Shown: positions 1 to 10,093 of the stretch, in pieces
How positions within the stretch are numbered: the stretch's first letter is position 1
Layout of the letters: every line of letters begins with the position of its first letter
DNA from: Sumerlaeia bacterium
Lineage (GTDB): Bacteria; Sumerlaeota; Sumerlaeia; SLMS01; JAHLLQ01
Length of the DNA: 64,000 bases
Direction of reading: 5' to 3'
Assembly (NCBI GenBank): GCA_040219255.1
Contig: JAVJSW010000037.1
Coordinates: 32,001 to 96,000 of the forward strand
Made by a program: the position numbers and the translations under genes
Notes under the pieces: model-generated
Databases searched by the model: none
Seen by the model: only the letters and a program-made list of their open reading frames with translations
Told to the model about the DNA's origin: nothing

Positions 1-130
1 CCCGCTTTCCTCTGATGCAACACCCGCCCCCCGCCAGTCACCGTGATTGGCGGGGGGCTTCTTCCGTTTGGCGTCCGCCTTGCGTTTCCACTTCAGCACG
101 AACGAATTCCTGCGCGAAGTGGAGCCCGAT

Positions 131-913
131 ATGAATTTTGAGAACAAGGTCATCCTGGTCAATGGCGCCGGTTCCGGGATCGGCGAAGCCGCGGCGCGGT
201 TGCTGGCCCGCCTTGGCGCCCGCGTCGCCGTCGTCTCCCGGACCAAGGAGCAAATCGAAGCCGTCGCCGCCAGCATCCGCGACAGCGGAGGGGAAGCCAT
301 CGCCATCGCCGCCGACGTCAGCGACCCCGAAGCCATGCGGTCCGCCGTGGCCAAAACGGTCGAGGCTTTCGGCTCCCTCGGCGCCCTGTTCCACAACGCC
401 GGGGTGAACGGCAAATGGGCGCCCCTCGAAGAACTGAGCCCAGAGGACTTCGAGAAGACGATCCGGATCAATCTGATGGGGACCTTCAACGCATGCCACG
501 CGGCGCTGCCGGAAATCCGCAAGGGCGGCTCCGGGGCCGTGGTGATCACCAGTTCCATCAATGGCACGCGAACCTTTTCAAACGCCGGGGCCACGGCCTA
601 CAGCGCCTCGAAGGCGGGCCAGGTGGCCCTCATGAAGCAACTGGCGCTCGAATTCGCCCAGCACCGCATTCGCATCAACGCGATCCTGCCAGGGACCATC
701 GACACCGACATCCAGAAGCGCACCGACAATAGCGAGCAGGAGCACCTGCCGCTCGTGCCCGATAACCTGGAGGGCCGGATTCCGCTGACCCAAGGCAAGC
801 CTGGGCATCCAGATCAAGTCGCCGAACTGGTGGCGTTTCTCCTCTCGGATCACGCCAGCCACATCACCGGCACGGAAGTGTTTGTGGATGGAGGGCAGTC
901 GTTGATTATCTGA
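131..913 (+). CDS. SDR family NAD(P)-dependent oxidoreductase
   Basis: NGAGSGIG Rossmann motif, HNAG, YSASK catalytic YxxxK, C-terminal ITG..VDGG. ATG at 131 preferred over the upstream ORF extension. Confidence 0.93.
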   Translation: MNFENKVILVNGAGSGIGEAAARLLARLGARVAVVSRTKEQIEAVAASIRDSGGEAIAIAADVSDPEAMRSAVAKTVEAFGSLGALFHNAGVNGKWAPLEELSPEDFEKTIRINLMGTFNACHAALPEIRKGGSGAVVITSSINGTRTFSNAGATAYSASKAGQVALMKQLALEFAQHRIRINAILPGTIDTDIQKRTDNSEQEHLPLVPDNLEGRIPLTQGKPGHPDQVAELVAFLLSDHASHITGTEVFVDGGQSLII

Positions 914-1014
914 GGGAGAACGCCCCCGAAGGTAGCTCAAATAAGCTCCTAGCCATGGGGGAGGGGGCAGGCTGCGGCTGGCTGGTCACGGGCAAGGACG
1001 CCCGTGGTTCCCTC

Positions 1015-1863
1015 TTACAGCCGCGTGCTGTCGATCAGGCGCACGCCGCCCACGCGGGCGGCGACCAGGACAAAGGTGTTTCCCCGTTCGACCAGATCGA
1101 CGGGTTCGAAGGTGGTGGCGGAAACGATGTCGGCGTAATCGAATTCGACGCCTTCGCCGGCGCTGTTGATGGCGGAACGGACGGCTTGCAGAAGTTCGCC
1201 GCGATGGGCGATGCCCTGCTTTTTAAGGAGGAAGTGAACGCGCTTGAGGGCGCGGCTCAGGCACAGGGCCTTTTCCTTGTCGGCGTCGGTGAGCTGCTTG
1301 TTGCGGCTGGAGATGGCCAGGCCGCTGGCTTCGCGGACGGTGGGGACGCCGGTGATTTCGACCGGCAGGCTCAAGTCGCGCACCATGTGGCGGATCACGG
1401 TGAACTGCTGGGCGTCTTTGTAGCCGAAGACGGCGATGTCGGGCTGGCAGATGTTGAAGAGTTTGAGCACCACGGTGCAGACGCCGCGGAAATGACCGGG
1501 ACGCGAAGCGCCTTCGAACTTCTCCGACAGGTAGGAGACGTTCACGGTGGTCAGGAAGCCGGGCGGATACATCTCTTCGTGGGCCGGGGCGAAGAAGGCG
1601 TCGACCTCCAGCTTGCGGGCCACGTCCTCGTCCTGTTCGCGGGTGCGGGGGTATTTTTCCAGATCGCCTTTGTCGTTGAACTGGAGGGCGTTGACGAAGC
1701 AGGAGAGGATCACTTTGTCGCCCAGACCGCGGGCGCGGGCGATGAGCCGGCCGTGTCCGCGATGGAGATTGCCCATGGTGGGAACGAGGACGACGGTGCG
1801 CCCCTCGCGCTTCCAGGCGCGGGCCTGCTCGCTCATCTGCTTGACGGACTCAATGATTTCCAT
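1015..1863 (-). CDS. panC: Pantoate--beta-alanine ligase
   Basis: VPTMGNLHRGH, FVNALQF, SRPGHFRGV, FGYKDAQQ, GLAISSRN and RLID motifs of PanC. Confidence 0.96.
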   Translation of the reverse strand: MEIIESVKQMSEQARAWKREGRTVVLVPTMGNLHRGHGRLIARARGLGDKVILSCFVNALQFNDKGDLEKYPRTREQDEDVARKLEVDAFFAPAHEEMYPPGFLTTVNVSYLSEKFEGASRPGHFRGVCTVVLKLFNICQPDIAVFGYKDAQQFTVIRHMVRDLSLPVEITGVPTVREASGLAISSRNKQLTDADKEKALCLSRALKRVHFLLKKQGIAHRGELLQAVRSAINSAGEGVEFDYADIVSATTFEPVDLVERGNTFVLVAARVGGVRLIDSTRL

Positions 1864-2121
1864 ATCCCGAGGTCATCGCCTTTCGCGGTGGGGGAGTGCG
1901 GTTTCGCCTGAAACGGGGGTATCCGTTGAACAGACCTAGGACAGAGCTTGGGCGGGTAAAAGGGCAAGCAAACTTTAGCGAACCTTCCCCGCGTTTTTCG
2001 GCGCTCCGTCGTAGGGCTTGCGTCAATGGATGACAGAGTGCTTCCTGGCGGGACGAAGGCCGCGCGTCCGGACGGTTCGCCGCGGTCTTTCATTTCCTTT
2101 GCCCTCAGTGTCTGGCAGCTT

Positions 2122-3840
2122 ATGCACCTCAGAGCGCTTCACAACGCCATTGTTTTTCTCTCAACTTTTTTGGCTTCCCTTGTCACGCCCCTTCTGGCTT
2201 CCGCCCAGGACGCCGACGCGCCGGGAACTGTCGCGCCAAGGAGCGCGGCCGCCGAACCGATCATCTCGCGCATCGAAACCATCGTCAAGGAGGGCGGAAT
2301 CCCCCAGATCGACGAACTCCGGCTGCCGCCCGACGGCGCCCTCACGATGGAGGACGACTTTTTGGCGATGTCGCCGCTTCTCGCCGGAGATGTAGTGACG
2401 ACCGACGTGATCTTCGCCGATGTGGCCGATTCGGAACCTTACGCCCGCATGGCGCTGCCGGACCTGGTGGCGGTGGCGCTGCGCAATAACTTCGACCTGA
2501 TCAACTCGCGGCGAAGCGTCCAGATCGCCCGCAGCTCGGAATTGAGCGCCCTGGCCAACTTCATCCCCTTCGTCGATCTCTTCGCCGACGCCCGCATTGC
2601 GGAAAGCCGGCGCGACAATATCCTGCGCGCCACGCGGCAAGGCACCACGACCCAGGATACGACGGTCGATTCGCAGGAAGCGGGCATCGAAATGCGCCAG
2701 AACTTCACCAGCGGCGGCGCCTTGACCTTCACCGGCGTGGAGCGCCGCGTCGGCACCCGCATCGACAGCGGCAATGGCACGTCGAGCGGTTCGGAATATA
2801 TCGGCGACGCGGGCGTGAATTTCGTTCAGCCGCTGCTGCGCGGCGGGGGCTTCGAAGTCGGCACCGCGGACCTGCGCTCGGCGCGTCTGTCCGAGGCGAA
2901 TCAGGAAATCAGCGACATGCTGACCCGGCGCGAGGTGGTGCTGTCGGTGGTTCGCGAGTACTTCGGCATCCTGCAGACCAAGCAGGCGCTGGAAGTGAGC
3001 CGCGACGCCATCCGCGAACGCTACAATTTCCTGGAGGAAACCCGCATCAAGTACGAAACGGGCCGCGTGGCGGAGTCGGAGATTCTTCGGGCGGAAATCC
3101 AGTTCCTGCAGGAAGTGGAGCAGGCCATCAATCGCCAACAGGCCCTGGCCGACGCCCGCGAGCGGCTGCTGATCCTGGTCGGGTTGCCGCTCGAGACGCC
3201 GATTTCCCTGATCGATGTGACGCCCATGCTGCGCGACCGGGGACGCTTTGAAATCCCCGGCACCCGCGAAGCCGTCGCCATGGCGCTCAACAACCGGATG
3301 GAACTGATCCAGGCCGATATCGGCATCGCGCAGAGCGAAATCAGCCAGACCCTCGCCCGTAACGACCGCCTGCCGCGCCTGGATTTCGACGCCAGTTTCG
3401 GCCGCAGCGACAACGACGACACGTTCCGCGACGCCAACCAGTTCGACGATCAGGACTGGGACGCGGGGCTGACGTTTCGCGTTCCGCTGCAGAACATCCA
3501 GCGGCGGGAAGCCCACCGCCGCGCCACCTTGCGCCTCGAGCAGGACTTGACGAACCGCCTGGAACTCGAGCGCCGGCTGACTCGCGAGGCCCTCACCGCC
3601 ACCCGCGACGTGCTCTCCACGGAGGCTAACCTGACGATTCTGCGCAAGACCGTCGAGCAGGCCCGCCGAAGCCTGGAACTCATCAACGCGTCCTTCAAAG
3701 CCGGCTTTTCCACCATCACCGAGGTGCGGCTGACGCAGGACGATTTGTTCCAGGCGGAAACGCGTTACAACAACGCGCTGCTCAATTATCAGGTGGCCGT
3801 GGCGGAATTGTACGTGGCGCTGGGTTTGGCGCTTGAATGA
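2122..3840 (+). CDS. TolC family outer-membrane efflux protein
   Basis: Signal peptide ending ASA-Q; two OEP-type repeats (ALRNNFDL...QPLLRGGG...YETG; ALNNRMEL...LPRLDF...FKAG). Start uncertain (2026 or 2122). Confidence 0.88.
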   Translation: MHLRALHNAIVFLSTFLASLVTPLLASAQDADAPGTVAPRSAAAEPIISRIETIVKEGGIPQIDELRLPPDGALTMEDDFLAMSPLLAGDVVTTDVIFADVADSEPYARMALPDLVAVALRNNFDLINSRRSVQIARSSELSALANFIPFVDLFADARIAESRRDNILRATRQGTTTQDTTVDSQEAGIEMRQNFTSGGALTFTGVERRVGTRIDSGNGTSSGSEYIGDAGVNFVQPLLRGGGFEVGTADLRSARLSEANQEISDMLTRREVVLSVVREYFGILQTKQALEVSRDAIRERYNFLEETRIKYETGRVAESEILRAEIQFLQEVEQAINRQQALADARERLLILVGLPLETPISLIDVTPMLRDRGRFEIPGTREAVAMALNNRMELIQADIGIAQSEISQTLARNDRLPRLDFDASFGRSDNDDTFRDANQFDDQDWDAGLTFRVPLQNIQRREAHRRATLRLEQDLTNRLELERRLTREALTATRDVLSTEANLTILRKTVEQARRSLELINASFKAGFSTITEVRLTQDDLFQAETRYNNALLNYQVAVAELYVALGLALE

Positions 3841-3898
3841 GCGCGGGCGAGCCGTTTGCTTCAAATCTGATAAGACTGGTCCGTTCGGAGTGCCGCCC

Positions 3899-5284
3899 AT
3901 GAAAAAAATCGTCGCCATCCTCAGTGTCACGATCCTGGCCGCCGCCAGCTATGGCGCCGTGCGAAGCGGGATCTTCCAGGCCTCGGCCCCGGAAGCCACC
4001 AGCGAAGGCATCCCCGCCGTCGCCGTGACAAAAGGTCCCTTCGAAGTCACCGTTCACAGTATCGGGGCGCTGCAAGCCGGGTCGTCGGCGATTCTCTCCT
4101 CGCCCTTCGATGGCAAGATCACACGGATGATCGCCGAGGGCACGTACGTCGAACCGGGCGAGCCGGTGATCTGGTTCGATACGACGGACGACCGGTTGCA
4201 GCTCGACGAGCAGGAAGCCCAGTTGGCCCTGGACAAGAAGGATCTGGAGCAGGCGGAGACGGAATTCGAGGCCCTGAAGAAACAGAACGCCTATCAGCTC
4301 GACATCGAACGGACGAAGGTGGAAATCGCCCGTCAGGCCCTGCGGGACGCCGAGCAGACCTACGAGGCGGAGAAGACGCTGTTCGAGCAGAATATCTCGC
4401 CGGAGGTGAAGTTCGAAGCTGCGCGCCTGGACCTGATGCAATCTCGCCTGAGCCTGCGCAACGCCCAGATCAACCTCGCGAAGGTCGAGGAGAACCTGGC
4501 GTCGAACCTGCGCAAGCAGGAGCAATCGGTCGAGCGGCAGCGCCTTGCCGTGGAGAAAACCGAACGCAAAGTCGAAGAGCGTCGCGAGCGCCTCGAATCG
4601 TCCGTCCTGACGGCGCAGACGCCGGGCGAAGTGAATTACATGACGATGTGGCGCGGCGGCCAGCGCAGCAAAATCGCCGAGGGCGATCAGGTCTGGGACG
4701 ACCTGGCGCTGGCGGAAATCCCCGACACGCGCAAAATGCTGGCGAGTGTGCCGGTCAGCGAACTCGATGTGTCCAAAGTCGCCATCGGCCAGTCCACTCT
4801 GGTCGAATTGGAAGCCATGCCCGGCCAGATGTTCGAGGGCACCGTGGAGAGCAAGAGCATCCTGCCGGTGAACAATCCGAACTGGGGCTGGGAGCGGAGC
4901 GAGAACAGCCGCGAATACGAAGTTCTGGTGCGTCTCGCGACCGAGAATCCGGCCTTTCGACCCGGCATGACAGCCCGAGTCAAGATCGTCACCTACGCCG
5001 AGGAAGAGGCCCTGCAAGTGCCGCTGGAAGCCATCCAGGAAAAAGACGGTGCCCGCGGGGTTTATGTCGCCGGCGAGGGAGCGCCCAGATGGGAGCCCGT
5101 GACGGTGGCTCAGTCGAACGACAATTTCGGCGTCATCGCGGGCAATGTGAAGGCCGGCGATCCGGTGCTCCTGTTGCCGCCGGACGCGCCGGATGACTTG
5201 GCCGAAGAGCCCGTGACCGCGTTGCAGGAATCCGAGCCGGAAGGCCGTCCCACCTTCGCCGGACCCGACGGTGCGCCGTCTTGA
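3899..5284 (+). CDS. Efflux RND/MacA-type periplasmic adaptor subunit
   Basis: N-terminal anchor, SPFDGKI..EGTYVEPGE lipoyl half-motif, long coiled coil, FRPGMTA and LQVPLEAI motifs; directly after the TolC gene. Confidence 0.9.
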   Translation: MKKIVAILSVTILAAASYGAVRSGIFQASAPEATSEGIPAVAVTKGPFEVTVHSIGALQAGSSAILSSPFDGKITRMIAEGTYVEPGEPVIWFDTTDDRLQLDEQEAQLALDKKDLEQAETEFEALKKQNAYQLDIERTKVEIARQALRDAEQTYEAEKTLFEQNISPEVKFEAARLDLMQSRLSLRNAQINLAKVEENLASNLRKQEQSVERQRLAVEKTERKVEERRERLESSVLTAQTPGEVNYMTMWRGGQRSKIAEGDQVWDDLALAEIPDTRKMLASVPVSELDVSKVAIGQSTLVELEAMPGQMFEGTVESKSILPVNNPNWGWERSENSREYEVLVRLATENPAFRPGMTARVKIVTYAEEEALQVPLEAIQEKDGARGVYVAGEGAPRWEPVTVAQSNDNFGVIAGNVKAGDPVLLLPPDAPDDLAEEPVTALQESEPEGRPTFAGPDGAPS

Positions 5285-5292
5285 CGGCTGGC

Positions 5293-5997
5293 TTAGCCCC
5301 CGGACCAGCTCAGGGTCCAGCCATCGCTCCGGCCCGGCACGCGAAAGACGTGGGCTGTGCCGAGGTCGCCGAACATGAACGGAACGCCGCCGCGCGAGGC
5401 GATCTGGAAAACCGGCTCGAGCCGCTCGCCCGTCGCCGGGTTGCGGGGGTAGGCCGCCCCATTGGCCCAGGCAGGCCAGCCTCCGAGTTTGTCGCCCTTC
5501 CGGGCAAGCCAGCCGTTGTTCTCGAATTCGCCCATTTCTCGGAACGTGACCTCCACGCCGAGGTGATCGGTCAATTCCTCGATCATGGGGAAGTCGTCAA
5601 GGGCCTCCCAACCGGCGATCGCCTTGACCGGAAAGTTGCGCGAGCGGGGCGCCGGCTCCGCGGGAGCGAGACCGTCCGCCGCCACAACCCGCACGTGATG
5701 GGCGGGGGAGAACGCCTTCCACGCCTCGCCCCGCAAGGCCGCGTCGGCGTCGGGGGTGTAGAAGACCTGGAGCAGATGACCCTTCGCCACGGCGCCGCAG
5801 CCCCCCGGCAAGTCGTCGCCCAGGAGTTGCAGGAAGAGCGTCATCGGCCGTTCGCTGAGCGGACACACGGGCCACTCGACCCCCGGCCCCAGCAACGGCA
5901 AGCCGCCGAAGTGGCTGAGGCTCCCTCCGGCGGGGGAGAGGACGGGCGCCCAGGCCGGGCGGCGATGGGCGAGAAGCTTGGCGGGTGGGCTTGTCAT
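5293..5997 (-). CDS. DUF1963/YwqG-like protein
   Basis: SHFGGLP..WP.CP...PMTLFLQL, DKLGGWPAW and FMFGDLG.AHVF motifs resemble DUF1963. Confidence 0.75.
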   Translation of the reverse strand: MTSPPAKLLAHRRPAWAPVLSPAGGSLSHFGGLPLLGPGVEWPVCPLSERPMTLFLQLLGDDLPGGCGAVAKGHLLQVFYTPDADAALRGEAWKAFSPAHHVRVVAADGLAPAEPAPRSRNFPVKAIAGWEALDDFPMIEELTDHLGVEVTFREMGEFENNGWLARKGDKLGGWPAWANGAAYPRNPATGERLEPVFQIASRGGVPFMFGDLGTAHVFRVPGRSDGWTLSWSGG

Positions 5998-6036
5998 GGC
6001 GGAACTGACTCACAGAAAAGGCTGGGCTGACAGCAG

Positions 6037-6750
6037 ATGACCCAATCCCTGATCCGACTCGAAAACCTGCGCAAGGTCTATCGCACCGGCTCCATCTCCG
6101 TCGAAGCCCTCAAGGGCATCACGCTCGACATCCCGGTGAACGACTACATCGCCATCATGGGGCCATCAGGTTCGGGGAAGAGCACGCTGATGCACATCCT
6201 CGGCTGCCTGGATCGGCCCACCGATGGCATCTACGAATTGCGCGGCCAGCGCGTCGATCGGCTCGACGACGAGGAACTGTCGCGCACCCGCAACCGGGAA
6301 ATCGGTTTCGTGTTCCAGAGCTTCAACCTGCTGCCCCACATGACCGTTCAGCACAACGTCGAACTGCCGATGATCTACGCCGGCGTCTCGGGCCGCGAGC
6401 GCGTCGACCGGGCCAAGGAAGCCATCGCGAAGGTCAGCCTGGAAGACCGCGCCAAGCACCGGCCCAACGAACTCTCCGGCGGCCAGCGCCAGCGCGTCGC
6501 CATCGCCCGCGCTCTCGTCAACGACCCGGCGATCATCCTCGCCGACGAGCCGACCGGGAACCTCGACACCAAGACGGGCGAGGAGATCATGATGCTTTTT
6601 CAGGACCTTTCCGACGCCGGCAACACCATCATCCTGGTGACCCACGAACCGGAAATCGCCGTCCACGCCAAACGCATCGTCCACGTCCGCGACGGCCTGA
6701 TCGAGAAGATCGAAGACGTGGCCGACCGGGTGATCGCCGGGGTGGGGTGA
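6037..6750 (+). CDS. ABC transporter ATP-binding protein, MacB/LolD-like (ATPase only)
   Basis: Walker [40 protein letters not shown]. Confidence 0.95.
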   Translation: MTQSLIRLENLRKVYRTGSISVEALKGITLDIPVNDYIAIMGPSGSGKSTLMHILGCLDRPTDGIYELRGQRVDRLDDEELSRTRNREIGFVFQSFNLLPHMTVQHNVELPMIYAGVSGRERVDRAKEAIAKVSLEDRAKHRPNELSGGQRQRVAIARALVNDPAIILADEPTGNLDTKTGEEIMMLFQDLSDAGNTIILVTHEPEIAVHAKRIVHVRDGLIEKIEDVADRVIAGVG

Positions 6751-6804
6751 GCCGAGCCGACCGCCACCAGGCGCATCTTCTCAGTCAGCACCCAGCATGT
6801 ACCC

Positions 6805-8460
6805 CTACTCCACCCAAACGTCCCACATCCGGTCCACCTCGATGGGGTGGCTCTTGTAGCCCTTCAGGTTCGTCGTCTTGCCCTTCAGGCGCTTGGCGTG
6901 GTTGATGAAGACCGCCGGGGCGTCCTCCAGGACGATGTCTTCGGCCTGCGCATAGAGGGCGGCGCGGCGCTCCGGGTCCTGCTCGCCCTGGGCTTCTTCC
7001 ATCAGGCGGCGGGCGTCGAGGTTCTTGTAGTTCGCGCGGTTCGTGTCCGACCCGAACAGATAGTAGATGAAGTTATCCGGATCCCCGGTGTCCGCCATCC
7101 AGCCCGACAGCGCCAGTTCGTGCACCGTCCGCTGGCGCACCGTTTCCAGGAACCCGCCGAAGTCCATTTGCTCGATGTCGATATCCAGGCCGATCTGGCG
7201 GTAATCTTCCTGAAGGCGCTCGGCCAGCCGCACGCCCGCCGTGTTGTAGGGCCGGTCCGCGTCGAAGCACAGCAGCTTGATCGTGGCGCCCTCGTGGCCC
7301 GAGGCCTTGACCAGCGCCCTCGCCTTCTCCAGGTCGTAGGTGTACTGGACGGCCTTTTCCTCCAGCGGCCGGTAGCCGATCATGCCCGGGGGCAGCGGCC
7401 CGTAGGACGGGATCGAGGTGCCCTCCAGCACGCCGTTGACGATGCTCTCGCGGTCGATGGCGTAATTCAGCGCCTGGCGCAGTTCCTTCGACTGGAGCGG
7501 CCCCTTCTCGACGTTGCAGATGACGTAGCCAAGGCTCGGGAAGGGCTGCTCGATGATTTCGATGTCCTTCAGCGCGGCGCGGTCGCCGATCGTTTCCGGC
7601 GACAACACCGGCACCAGATGCACCTCGCCGCGCTTCAGGCTGGCCATGCGCTGGTTGGCGTCTTTCTGCACGCGGAAGAAAATCGTGCGGCTCTTCGGCG
7701 TCGAGCGCCAATGGCTGTCGCGGGCGCGGAGTCTCACATAGGCGTCCTTTTTCCACTCCTCCAGCACGTAGGGACCGCTGCCCATCGGTTCGCTGATGAT
7801 GCGGTCCGATCCCATGGCCTTGACGTGCGAGGGGCTGACGATCGAAGCGGCGGGAATCGCCAGGTTGAACAGCAGCGGAACGAATGGCCGGTGCAGCACA
7901 AACACCGCCGTGTATTCGTCCGGCGTCTCGATGTGGCTGAACCAGTCGCCCAGGATATCGTTCGTCCAGGCGATGGCGTAATGCTCCGGGTGTTCCGTAT
8001 CGACGATGCGTTCGAAGGTGAACTTCACCGCTTCCGCGTTGACCGGCGAGCCATCGCTAAAGGTCGCGTCCTCGCGCAGTTTGAACGTGTAGCGCGTGCC
8101 GTCTTCGCTGATTTCATAGGACTCCACCAGCCCCGGCACCACGTTCAACTCCGTGTCGTCGAAATCGAAGAGGCGGTCGTAAATGTGGGCCACCACGGCC
8201 AGCGAATTGCCATCGGTGGGTTGGGGCGGGTCGAGCTTCTGGATGTCGGCGGGCATGGAGACGACCACCGGCTTGGTGCTCATTTTCGAGCCCCCGGCGG
8301 ACGCCGAGCCCTCCGCCGGGGCGGTGCTGGTGGAGCCGGAATCGCCGCCTCCACAGGCCAGGAAGAGCGGCAATACGATCAAAAAGCTGCAAAAAGCGAA
8401 GAGTTTGCGCGCGATTTGCGTGCTAAGACGCGATTGGGGTTGTGCTGGGGACAGCGGCAT
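6805..8460 (-). CDS. ABC transporter substrate-binding lipoprotein, family 5 (DppA/OppA-like)
   Basis: Lipobox LFLA-C; YTFKLR..ATFSDGSPVNAEAVKFT, PMGSGPY, LRQALNYAIDR, GWMAD..DPDN. Confidence 0.92.
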   Translation of the reverse strand: MPLSPAQPQSRLSTQIARKLFAFCSFLIVLPLFLACGGGDSGSTSTAPAEGSASAGGSKMSTKPVVVSMPADIQKLDPPQPTDGNSLAVVAHIYDRLFDFDDTELNVVPGLVESYEISEDGTRYTFKLREDATFSDGSPVNAEAVKFTFERIVDTEHPEHYAIAWTNDILGDWFSHIETPDEYTAVFVLHRPFVPLLFNLAIPAASIVSPSHVKAMGSDRIISEPMGSGPYVLEEWKKDAYVRLRARDSHWRSTPKSRTIFFRVQKDANQRMASLKRGEVHLVPVLSPETIGDRAALKDIEIIEQPFPSLGYVICNVEKGPLQSKELRQALNYAIDRESIVNGVLEGTSIPSYGPLPPGMIGYRPLEEKAVQYTYDLEKARALVKASGHEGATIKLLCFDADRPYNTAGVRLAERLQEDYRQIGLDIDIEQMDFGGFLETVRQRTVHELALSGWMADTGDPDNFIYYLFGSDTNRANYKNLDARRLMEEAQGEQDPERRAALYAQAEDIVLEDAPAVFINHAKRLKGKTTNLKGYKSHPIEVDRMWDVWVE

Positions 8461-8609
8461 ACGTAGCCTCCGTGGCTCTCGTGGGTGTTAGGTTCAGATT
8501 TACAGGAATCCGCGCCCCGGGAAGCAACCCCAGACATGGACATTTTCCCGGCCTTTAGACCGCGCCGGGTTCCCCCAGCTACACAAAGGAAGGTGGTGAG
8601 ACAAAACGC

Positions 8610-8696
8610 ATGGGCAGTGTTATCAAGAAACGCCGGAAGAAAATCCGCAAGCACAAGTACAAGAAGTTGCGCAAGCGCATGAAGTTCAAGCGCTAA
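8610..8696 (+). CDS. Small basic ribosomal protein, bS22/mS38 (AURKAIP1/COX24 domain)-like, 28 aa
   Basis: Not in the ORF track. Translates MGSVIKKRRKKIRKHKYKKLRKRMKFKR, matching the actinobacterial bS22 start MGSVIKKRRK. Purine-rich RBS (AAAGGAAGGTGGTG) upstream and a terminator downstream. Confidence 0.9.
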   Translation: MGSVIKKRRKKIRKHKYKKLRKRMKFKR

Positions 8697-8744
8697 CGGC
8701 TGCGCGCCACCCCTCGGCGCCGCCCCCCGCGTTCGATCTCAAGG

Positions 8745-8774
8745 CCCGCTGGTTCTTATGCCAGCGGGTTTTTT
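8745..8774 (+). terminator. Rho-independent terminator after the bS22-like gene
   Basis: CCCGCTGG-ttcttatg-CCAGCGGG hairpin followed by TTTTTT. Confidence 0.88.
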
Positions 8775-8830
8775 GTGTTGTTCTGAGAGGAGAGCGATGA
8801 CGCCTCTCGAATTGACAATCAGCCAAATCC

Positions 8831-10084
8831 ATGGCTAAAGGCGCCTATGGCGTACATTCTACGGTCAGGATTCTCATGCCGATCTGCACGTCCCAACCCC
8901 GTCATCGAGGCGACGACGCCAGCACCTCCACCGCCACCCTCCATTACTACGGCGGGGGTTGGGAGACGCTGGCCGATGTGGGCACCGATTTCACCCCACG
9001 CACCATCTATGTGACCCTCGGCGCCATGGACAGCCAGGTGGCCATGATGGTCAACCAGGGCGAAGACGACTGGGAAACCACCTATTACGTCCGCGATCAC
9101 CTCGGCTCCGTCGTGGCGCTGGTGAACGAATCGGGCCAGATCGTCGAGAGCTACGAATACGCCCCCTATGGCGCGCCGGACGTCTATGATGGTACCGGGT
9201 CCGACATCGGCTCCGCCTCCGCCGCCGGCAACCGCATGCTCTACACCGGCCGCGAATGGGAACCCGCCCTGAGCTTCTATCACTACCGCTACCGCACCTA
9301 CTCGCCCCTCGACCGGCGGTTCATGCAGGGCGACCCGATCGGGCTCGGCGGGGGATGGAATTTCTATGCGTATGTGGGTGGGAATCCGGTGATGAACGCG
9401 GATCCCAGTGGATTGATAATAATAGTTCCTCCTTTTGTGTATGAGAGTGCTATAAAGAAGTTTTCGAGGTTGTTTCGAAACAGATTACAGCCAGTTTACG
9501 AGGAAGTATCTACCTTGGATGCCCGAGGTGTTGAACAATTGTTATTTTGGTTGGCTTTGCGAAAGAATCCAAAGGCATATTGCAATGATACTTATTTGTC
9601 AAACATAGATGTCTTCAATCAAGACCTTGACGTGTTGTTGATCAACGAAGCCAATTGGCTAGAAGAATCCGGGGCCTTCTCGATAGATATAAAAGATGCA
9701 TTCAAATCACTAACAGGGAGAAACTTTCTTCAGGGCACAGAAGGTGTGCTGGGTGGCGTATATCAACTTGGCGGTCCGCACGAATTTTATGCGACAGGCC
9801 GTGCTACTGCAAATGCAAACAGCGTAACTTTTGACTTGACCTATCATTTCATTGACAGAATAGACACAAATCGAGAAGCTGGTGATCTGAATGCTGCTAT
9901 CTTTACTGCACGTGGCAGTGGAGGTTACACAGTTCATTATTACTGGACGGAATCGCGTACCTACGAATTAGGTTCGCTGAAATCACCTCCTCTCAGAAGC
10001 GATTTTGTGAGGGGGAATTCTCCTCAAAATGCTCCTTCTATCGATTTGCCTGCCTATCAGCCCTGGATGCCAATACCGTATTAG
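8831..10084 (+). CDS. Orphan RHS repeat-associated core protein with variable C-terminal toxin domain
   Basis: YYVRDHLGSV, YEYAPYG, YTGREW, YHYRYRTYSP..RRFMQGDPIG..GGWNFYAYVGGNPV..DPSGL. Abrupt shift to AT-richer sequence around the DPSG motif. N-terminal YD repeats are missing and the true start is uncertain. Confidence 0.88.
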   Translation: MAKGAYGVHSTVRILMPICTSQPRHRGDDASTSTATLHYYGGGWETLADVGTDFTPRTIYVTLGAMDSQVAMMVNQGEDDWETTYYVRDHLGSVVALVNESGQIVESYEYAPYGAPDVYDGTGSDIGSASAAGNRMLYTGREWEPALSFYHYRYRTYSPLDRRFMQGDPIGLGGGWNFYAYVGGNPVMNADPSGLIIIVPPFVYESAIKKFSRLFRNRLQPVYEEVSTLDARGVEQLLFWLALRKNPKAYCNDTYLSNIDVFNQDLDVLLINEANWLEESGAFSIDIKDAFKSLTGRNFLQGTEGVLGGVYQLGGPHEFYATGRATANANSVTFDLTYHFIDRIDTNREAGDLNAAIFTARGSGGYTVHYYWTESRTYELGSLKSPPLRSDFVRGNSPQNAPSIDLPAYQPWMPIPY

Positions 10085-10093
10085 GGCCAAGAT

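Noticed and set aside
161-184. SDR motif NGxxxGxG instead of TGxxxGxG
   Set aside because: A single substitution with all other catalytic motifs intact; not enough to suggest altered function.
6805-6840. DppA C-terminus MWDVWVE as another W-tag
   Set aside because: An aromatic terminal strand is normal for family 5 solute-binding proteins, and the protein is a lipoprotein without the Pro/Ala linker.
8812-8841. TTGACA promoter for the orphan Rhs
   Set aside because: Perfect -35 but only a poor -10 (TAAAGG at 18-nt spacing); not supportable without transcript data.
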